The notes under the pieces: generated by a model | Seen by the model: only the letters and a program-made list of their open reading frames with translations | Told to the model about the DNA's origin: nothing | Database searches by the model: none | Source of the DNA: Mustelus asterias | Lineage: Eukaryota | Length of the DNA stretch: 64,000 nt | Assembly (NCBI RefSeq): GCF_964213995.1 | Contig: NW_027590219.1 | Span: forward strand, 372,001 to 436,000 | Direction of reading: 5' to 3' | Part shown: piece by piece, positions 1 to 10,720 of the stretch | How the letters are laid out: every line of letters begins with the position of its first letter | How positions within the stretch are numbered: the first letter of the stretch is position 1 | Translations under genes and position numbers: made by a program

Positions 1-3000
1 TTTCCCCCCTCCGGCTGAACATCCGTAAGGTGTAACCCCCGGATATGAGTACCACTGGAGGGTTGCATCCCCCGGCAGGTGGACAAACCCAGGGGACGGT
101 GCCCTTATGCTTCAGTGTTTATTTTTTTTTTGTTGTGTACAGTTGTAGTGTTGTGTTAATGTTTGTAGATTTGTAGATTATGATTTGTAAATGGAGGTGT
201 ATTTTGAGGGCAATGCCTGGAAAACTGTAATTGATGATGGACCCTTCCGAAATGGAAGGTAGTAATTGATAAATGGATGGTGTTAGCCATCGGTAAAGTA
301 TTTTTCAGATTTGTTCTTTGTTTATTTGTAATTGTTTTGTAATATCGTGTTTGTACTAACGAATGGAAAATCTTTGCATTGTTTGTGGCCTGGGGGGTAT
401 CCCCCCCCCCCGGATAGAGTGACCCCCGGGGGGTGTGACATCCAGTTGGGGAAAGTGTCCGGGGCACCCAGAATAGTAACACCGGGGGGGTTTTGTTCTC
501 CGGGAGAAAAATTGGGAAGGCAGGCCGAATTGAGTATCCCGGAGAGCTTTTCCCACCGCCCCAGCCGAAAATCCGGAAGGCAGTCCGGATTGAGTAGGTT
601 CGGGGTGGTTTTCCTGTCCCCCCGCCTCCAGTCGAACATCCGTCAGGTGGAACCCCCGGACCTGAGTACCTCTGGAGGGTTGCATCCCCCGGCAGGGGAA
701 AAAACCCAGGAGGCGGTGCCCTGGAGGGCGGCGGATATGCTGCAATGTTTATTCTTGTAGTGTTGTACTAATGTTTGTCACTTTGTAGATTATGATTTGT
801 AATTGGAGGTGTATTGAGAGGGCAATGCCCTGGAAAACTGTAATTGACGATGAACCCTTCCGAAATGGGAGGTAGTAACTGATAAATGGATGGCGTTAGC
901 CATTGGTAATGTATTTTTTCACATTTGTTCTTTGTGTATTTGTAATTGTTTTGTATTAACGTATTTGTAATAAACAAAAAGAAACCAACATCTGTGAGTG
1001 GGAAAGATTGGATTGTCCAGCCAGTCCACCATATTGGCCGTTCGCTTTGCGTGTTGGCCAGTATAGTGTGCTCCAGGCAGGGGGCGGGCAGAGGATAAGG
1101 AGTTCAAGGCGGGCTTAATGCGCGCCTTGCGGTGAGCTTTTGGAAATGTGGCCGCTGGGAGGAACGCCTTGGTCGGCGTGAAGTTTCTGTTTCAAGTGCT
1201 TGGGTTCGTGACTTGTGCAAGAACTTTTTGTTTCGGCTGGGGCTTGTTGAATGCTGCTCTCGCTGGGATTCCTGTGCCTTGAAAGGCGTGGCCCAGGTAG
1301 ATGCAATCTCGGAAGACCCAAGCCAGGGAGGAGCCATTTGGGAACTATGGTTTCGGAAGGTTCAGCCGCGGAAGGTGTGACCCCAGACGGTGCAGCCCCA
1401 GTGGGTGTGATTTTGGAAGTTCTGGCCCGGAGTGGTGGACTTTGGAGGACTGTAGTTGAGCGTTGTCGACTTCGGACGGTGGAATGTTGATGGGCGAAGC
1501 ACTGGAAGGCGATGCCTCCAAAATGTTTCACAATTGTATGGTTGTTCATGGATTGTTTGTTATTGTAATATGTGGTTTTCCTGTTATGATAGTTGGTGGT
1601 TTGTTCCGGCCCCCGTCTATTTTCTTGCGTTATTTGTGGCCTGGGGGGCATCCCCCCCTGGATAAAGTCACCCTCGGGGGGTGTGACATCCACTTGGGGA
1701 AAGTTCTGGGTGGTGAAGCCCCGGATATAGTAACACCAGAGGGATTTTATTCTCCGGGAGAAAAATTGGGAAGGCAGGCCCGAACTGAGTACCCTGGAGA
1801 GACTCTCCCACCGCCCCGGCTGAAATTCCGGAAGGGATTCCGGATTGAGTAGGCGGGGTGGTTTCCCCCATTTCCCCCCTCCGGCTGAACATCCGTCAGG
1901 TGTAACCCCCGGATATGAGTACCACTGGAGGGTTGCATCCCCCGGCAGGTGGACAAACCCAGGGGACGGTGCCCTTATGCTTCAGTGTTTATTTTTTGTT
2001 GTGTATAGTTGTAGTGTTGTGTTAATGTTTGTAGATTTGTAGATTATGATTTGTAAATGGAGGTGTATTTTGAGGGCAATGCCCTGGAAAACTGTAATTG
2101 ACGATGAACCCTTCCGAAATGGAAGGTAGTAATTGATAAATGGATGGTGTTAGCCATCGGTAATGTATTTTTCAGATTTGTTCTTTGTTCATTTGTAATT
2201 GTTTTGTAATATCGTGTTTGTACTCACCAACGGAAAATCTTTGCATTGTTTGTGGCCTGGGGGGTATCCCCCCCCCCCCCCCCCCCCCTGGATAGAGTGA
2301 CCCCCGGGGGGTGTGACATCCAGTTGGGGAAAGTGTCCGGGGCACCCAGAGGGGTAACACCAGGGGGGTTTTGTTCTCCGGGAGAAAAATTGGGAAGGCA
2401 GGCCGAATTGAGTATCCCGGAGAGCTTTTCTCACCGCCCCAGCCGAAAATCCGGAAGGCAGTCCGGATTGAGTAGGTTCGGGGTGGTTTTCCTGTCCCCC
2501 CGCCTCCAGTCGAACATCCGTCAGGTGGAACCCCCGGACCTGAGTACCTCTGGAGGGTTGCATCCCCCGGCAGGGGAAAAACCCAGGGGACGGTGCCCTT
2601 ATGCTTCAGTGTTTATTTTTTTGTTGTGTACAGTTGTCGTGTTGTGTTCATAGATTTGTAGATTATGATTTGTAAATGGAGGTGTATTTTGAGGGCAATG
2701 CCCTGGAAAATTGTAATTGACGATGAACCCTTCCGAAATGGAAGGTAGTAACTGATAAATGGATGGCGTTAGCCATTGGTAATGTATTTTTTTCACATTT
2801 GTTCTTTGTGTATTTGTAACTGTTTTGCATTAACGTATTTGTAATAAACAAAAAGAAACCAACATCTGTGAGTGGGAAAGACTGGATTGTCCAGCCAGTC
2901 CACCATATTGGCCGTTCGCTTTGCGTGTTGGCCAGTATAGTGTGCTCCAGGCAGGGGGCGGGCAGAGGATAAGGAGTTCAAGGCGGGCTTAATGCGCGCC

Positions 3001-4746
3001 TTGCGGTGAGCTTTTGGAAATGTGGCCGCTGGGAGGAGCGTCTTGGTCGGCGTGAAGTTTCTGTTTCAAGTGCTTGGGTTCGTGACTTGTGCAAGAACTT
3101 TTTTGTTTCGGCTGGGGCTTGTTGAATGCTGCTCTCGCTGGGATTCCTGTGCCTTGAAAGGCATGGCCCAGGTAGATGCAATCTCGGAAGACCCAAGCCA
3201 GGGAGGAGCCATTTGGGAACTATGGTTTCGGAAGGTTCAGCCGCGGAAGGTGTGACCCCAGATGGTGCAGCCCTAGTGGGTGTGATTTTGGAAGTTCTGG
3301 CCCGGAGTGGTGGACTTTGGAGGACTGTAGTTGAGCGTTGTCGACTTCGGACGGTGGAATGTTGATGGGCGAAGCTCTGGAAGGCGATGCCTCCGAAATG
3401 TTTCACAATTGTATGGTTGTTTATGGATTGTTTGTTATTGTAATATGTGGTTTTCCTGTTATGATAGTTGGTGGTTTGTTCCGGCCCCCGTCTATTTTCT
3501 TGCGTTATTTGTGGCCTGGGGGGCATCCCCCCCTGGATGGAGTCACCCCCGGGGGGTGTGACATCCACTTGGGGAAAGTTCTGGGTGGTGAAGCCCCGGA
3601 CATAGTAACACCAGATGGATTTTATTCTCCGGGAGAAAAATTGGGAAGGCAGGCCCGAACTGAGTACCCTGGAGAGACTCTCCCACCACCCCGGCTGAAA
3701 TTCCCGAAGGGATTCCGGATTGAGTAGGCGGGGTGGTTTCCCCCATTTCCCCCCTCCGGCTGAACATCCGTAAGGTGTAACCCCCGGATATGAGTACCAC
3801 TGGAGGGTTGCATCCCCCGGCAGGTGGACAAACCCAGGGGACGGTGCCCTTATGCTTCAGTGTTTATTTTTTGTTGTGTATAGTTGTAGTGTTGTGTTAA
3901 TGTTTGTAGATTTGTAGCTTATGATTTGTAAATGGAGGTGTATTTTGAGGGCAATGCCCTGGAAAACTGTAATTGACGATGAACCCTTCCGAAATGGAAG
4001 GTAGTAATTGATAAATGGATGGTGTTAGCCATCGGTAATGTATTTTTCATGGATTGTTTGTTATTGTAATATGTGGTTATCCTGTTATGGTAGTTGGTGG
4101 TTTGTTCCGGCCCCCGTCTATTTTCTTGCGTTATTTGTGGCCTGGGGGGCATCCCCCCCTGGATAGAGTCACCCCCGGGGGGTGTGACATCCACTTGGGG
4201 AAAGTTCTGGGTGGTGAAGCCCCGGACATAGTAACACCAGAGGGATTTTTATTCTCCGGGAGAAAAATTGGGAAGGCAGGCCCGAACTGAGTACCCTGGA
4301 GAGACTCTCCCACCGCCCCGGCTGAAATTCCGGAAGGGATTCCGGATTGAGTAGGCGGGGTGGTTTCCCCATTTCCCCCCTCCGGCTGAACATCCGTAAG
4401 GTGTAACCCCCGGATATGAGTACCACTGGAGGGTTGCATCCCCCGGCAGGTGGACAAACCCAGGGGACGGTGCCCTTATGCTTCAGTGTTTATTTTTTGT
4501 TGTGTACAGTTGTAGTGTTGTGTTAATGTTTGTAGATTTGTAGATTATGATTTGTAAATGGAGGTGTATTTTGAGGGCAATGCCCTGGAAAACTAATTGA
4601 CGATGAACCCTTCCGAAATGGAAGGTAGTAACTGATAAATGGATGGCGTTAGCCATTGGTAATGTATTTTTTTCACATTTGTTCTTTGTGTATTTGTAAT
4701 TGTTTTGTATTAACGTATTTGTAATAAACAAAAAGAAACCAACATC
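1..4746 (+). repeat. Complex tandem array, ~1.87-kb unit (partial 1-992, 993-2866, 2867-4746) built from a unique module C plus duplicated GC-rich (G) and AT-rich (B) modules; possibly the amplified 3' portion of a non-LTR retroelement
   Basis: The junction AATAAACAAAAAGAAACCAACATC ends at 992, 2866 and 4746; module C starts TGTGAGTGGGAAAG at 993 and 2867; the G and B modules each occur six times (some partial). Confidence 0.9.
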
Positions 4747-4755
4747 AGAGAGGTT

Positions 4756-4828
4756 GTTTCTGTAGTGAAGTGGTTGTCACGTTTGCCTGACACGCGAAAG
4801 GTCCCCGGGTCAGAACCGGGCAGGAATG
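4756..4828 (+). tRNA. tRNA-Val-derived sequence (anticodon GAC), probably a pseudogene
   Basis: GTTTCTGTAGTGAAGTGGTTGTCACGTTTGCCTGACACGCGAAAGGTCCCCGGGTCAGAACCGGGCAGGAATG closely follows vertebrate tRNA-Val. Acceptor, anticodon and T stems pair, but the T-loop/B-box is altered (GTCAGAA) and there is no T4 terminator immediately downstream. Confidence 0.8.
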
Positions 4829-4829
4829 T

Positions 4830-5708
4830 TAATTTGTTAATTCCAGCATCTGAAAGTGGGAAGGGGGAGGAAGGTGAGCTGTTGCCTGCCTGCCTGCTGT
4901 CCGGCCTGCCTGCCTGCCTGTCGTCTGGCCTGCCTGCCTGTCGTCTGGCCTGCCTGCCGTCTGGCCTGCCTGTCTTCCGTCCGTCCGCCCACTGGAGGGT
5001 GCTCTCTCCCTGGAGGGAGAGAGGACACGGAGTGACTTTCTTTCTTTTTTCTTTCCATCTCTGGGAGGGAGGACTGCACGTTTCAACATCGAGGGACTGA
5101 GTGGTTGGGCTGGTGCCCTCATCATCAGAAGGTCGGTGCCTGAAAGGGATGGGGGGGTGAAGTAAATTCAGACTGTTTTTTCCATCGGCGGGCGGGCGGG
5201 CGAAGACACCCCGGACTTGAACTGTTTGCGCCCAAAAGGGCTGGAGGAGTAAAGTCCCCCACCCACTGCTGCTGCCCCCAACACCGGCGCCCCCAACACC
5301 GGCACCCCCTCCCCTCTTTCCCCCTGACTGGGGCACCGGCCCCCCTCCGTGCCTTGTCCCTCGTCCTCCCTCCTGCTCCTCCGACCTCCTCTCTCGCTCC
5401 GGGGAGAGAGCACCTAGATCCCCATCCACCTACCCTACCCTCCCTTATTTTTCCCTCCTCTTATACGCCCTGCCGTGGCAGAGCCTTCTCGGCCCACCTA
5501 TGCGGGCGTGGCAGCTGCCAGAGCCCCCGCCGCTCCCAAGGCCCTGCCACCTTTTTCGTTGCTCACGCGGCAGCTCGGGGTGAAGTGCTACGCCCACCCC
5601 GACATGTCCATCGAGGCCTGTGTCAAGGCAATGGCTGGGGTTGTCGGCCCCTCAGCCATTGTCGCGGCCTCTAAGATGTACGGCCGGGCCGTATTCTTTT
5701 TGAAGGCC
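4830..5708 (+). mobile_element. Tx1-clade LINE 5' end: 5' UTR plus ORF1 N-terminus (5475-5708), 3'-truncated
   Basis: Translation LLTRQLGVKC..MSIEACVKAMAGVVGPSAIVAASKMYGRAVFFLK matches the Tx1 ORF1 N-terminal motif; similarity stops at ~5708. The 5' boundary is uncertain. Confidence 0.75.
4884..4985 (+). repeat. Imperfect (GCCT)n microsatellite
   Basis: Repeated gcctgcctgcct / gtctggcct units. Confidence 0.85.
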
Positions 5709-5799
5709 ACCCACCCGCCACATTTATCATTCCCCGCGCGCCGCCCTCTACCTTGTATTGTTCTCGCTTCCAAGTTGAAACCGTCCGTCCGCCGCCGCC

Positions 5800-5965
5800 A
5801 TTACCCGCACTGCGCATGCTTCAGGTCCCGCCCCTCATTCACTCCGATTGGTTGGAGGACCAGCCGCTCCCGCTCGGTCCTCCAGCCCCGCCCCCTCTTC
5901 CTATTGGTCCGGAGCTGGCGTCAATCAGCTCCCGGGCATTGTGATGTGGAGCATGCGCAGTGTCA
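5800..5965. promoter_or_regulatory. CpG-rich promoter cassette upstream of ZNF 6956-8104
   Basis: NRF1-like TGCGCATGC and GCATGCGCA, reverse CCAAT boxes (ATTGG x2), GC boxes (CCGCCC). Confidence 0.6.
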
Positions 5966-6955
5966 TTGCTGTCCTTGGCGCTTGTTTGTCCCGGAGAAGC
6001 GGAGTCAGCGTTAGGCGGTGGCTGGGAGGATTTGGAAACACTTTGTGGATCCGCAAACCCTTCAGAATCATTGTCAGCTCCCTGGTTTGCAGCTGCGGGG
6101 CTTCTCCCTCCCTCCCTCCCGGGAACAGGCCCAGGTTAACGGCCCCATCCTGGCTCAGCCACTGGAGGATGGTTCACATCAGAGGATAGGGGAGGGGGAC
6201 AATAAATAAGAGGTTACACTTTGGCCTCAAATCAATGAGGGTTCTGATCTCTGGGAAGGAAGGAAACCCTGGGAGTTGGGCGGGAAGGATTCACAAACAC
6301 CCGCTGGAGGCCCCAACATCCCCAATAAGACCCATTGGTTTTATTGTCAGTCTGCAGACAGGAGCTGGAGAACTGAACCCAGACAGAGGAGAGGGAGGGA
6401 GAAAACTGGGAGTGGAGGAAAGAAATGGTAGAGATGGGTTTGGATTTCAGCCCAGGGAAGAGGGAGAGTGTGTGGGACGGAGATTTACAGATTTGGGGGA
6501 ACAAGAGAGGAAAAAATGTTCCAGACGAACTAGAATTGTCTGTTCAGAGTTTCTATCGTGTTCTGACAGTGATGACTTTTCTAAACTGTTTTTACAGGAT
6601 ATTGGAAGTGAAAGATTGGCAGACAGAAAACTCAAACCGGACATCACATCTGACAAAGTCATTCAGTTCCTTCGGAGCTGAATATCATTGGTCTTTGAAT
6701 ATAGAAAGAGAAATATTTGTCTGTTCTGCCTGTGGGCAAAGAAATTAAACATCAGTGTGACCGGAAAAGCATCGAGACAAACACACACCCGAGTGAGAGT
6801 GTTCCAGTGAACTGAATGTGGAAAGAGCTTTAACCTGTTACACAGCCTGAAAAAACATCACAGTTCACAGCAGGGTGAAACTACGTGTATGTTGTGTGTG
6901 TGGATGAGGCTTGAACTGATCATCCAACCTGGAGAAACACAAGGGCACCAGCACC

Positions 6956-8104
6956 ATGGAGAAACCGTGGAAATGTGTGGAGTGCGGGAAGGGATTCGGT
7001 TTCCCATCACAACTGGAAGTTCATCGGCGCAGTCACACTGGGGAGAGACCGTTCACCTGCTCTGTTTGTGGGAAGGGATTCACCCATTCATACAACCTTC
7101 TGACTCACCGACGGGTTCACACTGGGGAGAGGCCGTTCACCTGCCCTGTGTGTGGGAAGGGATTCACTCGCTCATCCCACATTGTGACACACCAACTTGT
7201 TCACACAGATGAGAGAATGTTTCCATGTTCTGACTGTGAGAAGAGTTTTAAATGCAAAAAAGATCTGCTGACGCACCAACGTATTCACACTGGGGAGAGA
7301 CCATTCACCTGCTCTGCGTGTGGGAAAGGATTCATTCAGTCATCCCACTTGCAGACACATCAACTTGTTCACTCTGATAACAAACTTTTTAATTGTTCCC
7401 ACTGTGAGAAGAGCTTTAAAAATAAAAAAGATCTGCTGACGCACCAATATGCTCACACTGGGGAGAGGCCATTCACCTGCTGTGTGTGTGGGAAGGGATT
7501 CAGCCGTCCATCTGCCCTATTGAACCACCAGAGAATTCACACTGGGGAGAGGCCCTTCACCTGCTCAGACTGTGGGAAGGGATTCATTAATTCATCCAAC
7601 CTTCTGATACACCAGCAACTCCACACAGGGGATCGACCGTTCACCTGCTCTGAATGTGGGAAGGGATTCACCCGTTCATACAACCTTCTGACACACCAGC
7701 AGGTTCACAGTGAGGAGAGGCCATTCACTTGCTCCGTGTGTGGGAAGCGATTCACTCGTTCATCCAACCTATTGAATCACCAGCGAGTTCACACTGGGGA
7801 GAGGCCGTTCACCTGCTCCACGTGTGGGAAAGGATTCAGTCAGTCATCCAACCTGCTGACACATCAGAGAATTCACAGTGGGGAGAGGCCATTTACCTGC
7901 TCTGTCTGTGGGAAGGGATTTTCTCATTTATCTTATCTTCTGAAACACCAGCGAGTTCACACTGGGGAGAGGCCGTTCACCTGTAATGTCTGTGGAAAGG
8001 GATTTGTTCAGTCATCCCACCTGCTAACACACCGGCGAGTTCACAAACGACTGCAAGGTTTGGATTCTCCACTTATCGATGCTGTTAATCATATCCAGGA
8101 CTGA
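6956..8104 (+). CDS. C2H2 zinc-finger protein, 13 fingers, 382 aa, no effector domain
   Basis: Intact ORF with CxxC-12-HxxxH repeats and TGERPF linkers; ACCATGG Kozak context; upstream acceptor TTTTACAG|GATATT at ~6597. Confidence 0.9.
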   Translation: MEKPWKCVECGKGFGFPSQLEVHRRSHTGERPFTCSVCGKGFTHSYNLLTHRRVHTGERPFTCPVCGKGFTRSSHIVTHQLVHTDERMFPCSDCEKSFKCKKDLLTHQRIHTGERPFTCSACGKGFIQSSHLQTHQLVHSDNKLFNCSHCEKSFKNKKDLLTHQYAHTGERPFTCCVCGKGFSRPSALLNHQRIHTGERPFTCSDCGKGFINSSNLLIHQQLHTGDRPFTCSECGKGFTRSYNLLTHQQVHSEERPFTCSVCGKRFTRSSNLLNHQRVHTGERPFTCSTCGKGFSQSSNLLTHQRIHSGERPFTCSVCGKGFSHLSYLLKHQRVHTGERPFTCNVCGKGFVQSSHLLTHRRVHKRLQGLDSPLIDAVNHIQD

Positions 8105-10369
8105 ATCATGTTCTCTCTGACTTTTTTCTTCTGTTGAGGTTTGATATTCTGAATAAATGTGAAATAGACATTTGATTGAATCATTGTTGTAGATTTTAGT
8201 CTTTTCCATTTGAGTGTTTAACGTCACCAGGCTGGAGCTCAGAAAGGGCAATCTGAGGGAGGGTCATACAGGAGGAACAGAACTTCATTCTAGACACAGT
8301 CCTTCAGGGTCTCGCTGAGAGGGACAAACAGCACTTTGGTCTTTTTCATCACTTTTCACTGACAGCAAAGTCCCCGTGTGGGTGAATCCTGAGGTGTGTA
8401 AGAAATGTGTCCCAGTCGTTCTTTTCCATGGTTCAGAGCTCCTAGACATGGAACAGAAGCTCCTTTACAACTGTGTTTAGAGTCAGGAAGAACAACGGTG
8501 AATGCTGGAAACGTGCTGTCAAAGATTGGTGTAAAACTGGGATCTATTCCTGACTGAGAGTGAAACGGCAGATTTAGGTTTCCAGACTAAAAAGGCAAAA
8601 AAGTCTAAAACATTTTAATGTGTGTGTGTGTCAGTCCTGGTTTATTGACCAGAAACTGGCTTCAAATAAATTGGTTGAAGTCTGCATTAAAGTAGCAGCT
8701 GGAGACGTTCAAAGGAGCCTGTTAACTGCTGGGACAATGAGACAACAATTTGATTCCCAGATAGAGAAGGAGCTGCAGTGTGTGTCCAATAATTCTCAGT
8801 TTTGTTGTGTGCTTCCCACACACTATCCTTTTAAATAAACCTCACTCCTATCAGACTTTAACCATTATAAACAGAACAGAGAGAAGCTGAGCAGCATCAG
8901 AGCCCTGACTGATCATTTAAGAATGAGTGATGTGTTCAGCTGAAGTTTCCTGTTGGTAGTTTTCTGGGTGATCTCCTTATTTTGATCATTCTCAGTGACC
9001 CCTGGGTGTGAACCTGCTCTCCTCTCTTTCAGACATTCAGTCACTTAACATCTCCTCTCCCTCTGAAACTCAATCACTCAACATCTCTCATCTCTCTAAC
9101 ACTCACTGAACGTCTCTCTCTCTCTCTCTCTCTCTCCAGGCATTCACTCACACCTTACCTTCCATCTCTCTTACACTCTAACCTCGCTCCTCTCTCACAT
9201 TCACTTAACCTCTCTCCTCTCAGAAACTGTCTTCATCACTTAATGTCTCTCTATCTTTCTTTCAAACACTCACTCATTTAACCTTCCTATTTCAGATCTG
9301 CTTAAACTTATTCATTGTTTTCTCTCTCTCATTACCTCTTTCTGAAAAAGCACAAACACACTTCATCTCTCTTCGCTGTCTGAGAAAACATCTAATTGAT
9401 GGAGATTCAATCCTCTCTGTTTCTCTCTCCCACTTCCTCTGACAGGCCCTGACTCACTTTAAATCTCCTCTTTTCTAATAACCCTCTTTGGGAAAACTCA
9501 TTTGTTCTCTAATTCCTCCTCATTTCTCCCAGTGATGACCCTCAGTCCATCTCCCAATTCAGTGAATGTGTTAAAAGTCCAAATAATCTCCTTTCTTCAT
9601 TGTTTAAAATGGGAATGGAGGTGAATGTAATGCTGAGACTGGCAGCAATCTGTGTGGTTGTTCTTGATGCTGTCAGAGTGAGTTCACCCTCACAGACAGG
9701 AAGACTGTTCACGGTGATAACATCAAACTGACGCTGGCTGTTTCATTCTCAGGTAACACAACTTCCTGTTTCTCTGCTGCCGGTTCCAAACCTCACATCT
9801 CACTTCTGAGCAGAAAATAAATCCATGGACCACAATCTGGTGAGAACATCTGTCAATGCGGCCGATATCTGTCCACAGAGTCAGGGCAGAGTCACACAGA
9901 TCACATTGTGGTGACATTTACAAATGAGCCAGTTATTTCTATTCAGAGTTTCCATTCACAGATATAACCAGCTGTGTCTGTGGATCAGTTACTGAGTTCC
10001 CTCTGCTCCCCATAGCCAGGAACTGATAGCCTGCTCCCTTATATTCTAGATCATTCTCTCTGTGTTGCTTGTTTCTTCTGTTTCTCAACTTTTATTTTTG
10101 ACCACCTCATCTTTCTGCTTTTTAAAATCTTTCTCAATTTTTCTCTCAGTCTTTCTGTCTCTCCTTTCCTCTGTATCTTTCTCAGGCTCTGTGTGTTCCT
10201 ATTTAATCGGGATGTTCAAAATCAGGGAGAGTTTCTGATTGATTATAGAAGGAAAAACAGGGAGAAAAGCAGAAAAACCCGGCAGGTCCGGCGGCATCTG
10301 TTCAGAGAGTTAACATTTTGAGTCCATATAATTCTTCAAGGCAGGAAAAACATGAGTTATCCATCTTAG

Positions 10370-10720
10370 ATCAGGGAATGTGATGGGGTGATTTAATAGA
10401 GGTGTTTAAAATGACAAGTGATTTATGATAGTATCAATGGAGAGAAATTATCTCCCAGCAGGAGGAGGGTCTGTCGATGGAGAGAATCGATTTCCTCGGT
10501 GCAGGAGGGTCTGTAAGCAGAGGACACAGAGATTTAATTTAATTGACAACAGAATTGGAAGGGGTGATAAGGAGAATTTTTTGCACAATAACTTGATATG
10601 ATCTGGAATGCACAAACTGACAGGTGCTCGAAGCAGGGTTAATAGTAACTTTCAAAGGGAATTGGATAAATACTTGCAGAAGGTAAATTGGCAGAGTTAT
10701 GGTGAATGGGATTAATTGGA
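10370..10720 (+). mobile_element. Old CR1 LINE 3' fragment
   Basis: Degenerate RGDLIEVFK..RGH..WNAL-type RT C-terminal sequence. Confidence 0.5.

Noticed and set aside
498-678. Hammerhead, hairpin or HDV ribozyme in the G module
   Set aside because: TGAGTA and CTGAA do not give the CUGANGA/GAAA core or other catalytic consensus; only the loop-E-like pattern is supported.
156-4731. Many short ORFs in the tandem array, including a PD..E-like stretch (TPDGAAPVGVILEV) and a weak RNALV motif in module C
   Set aside because: Frames differ between copies through homopolymer indels and no complete domain motif is recognisable; coding ancestry of module C remains unproven.
6235-6748. ORFs 6235-6681 and 6425-6748 as an N-terminal effector exon
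   Set aside because: They run across the conserved intron acceptor, are not in continuous frame with the finger ORF and are not conserved as ORFs in paralogs.
6917-6919. Selenocysteine or programmed read-through at the shared TGA
   Set aside because: Upstream fossil fingers contain further stops and frameshifts that differ between paralogs, and no SECIS was recognised.
9010-9560. CT-rich region with a (TC)n tract
   Set aside because: Low-complexity decayed simple repeat with no discernible structure.
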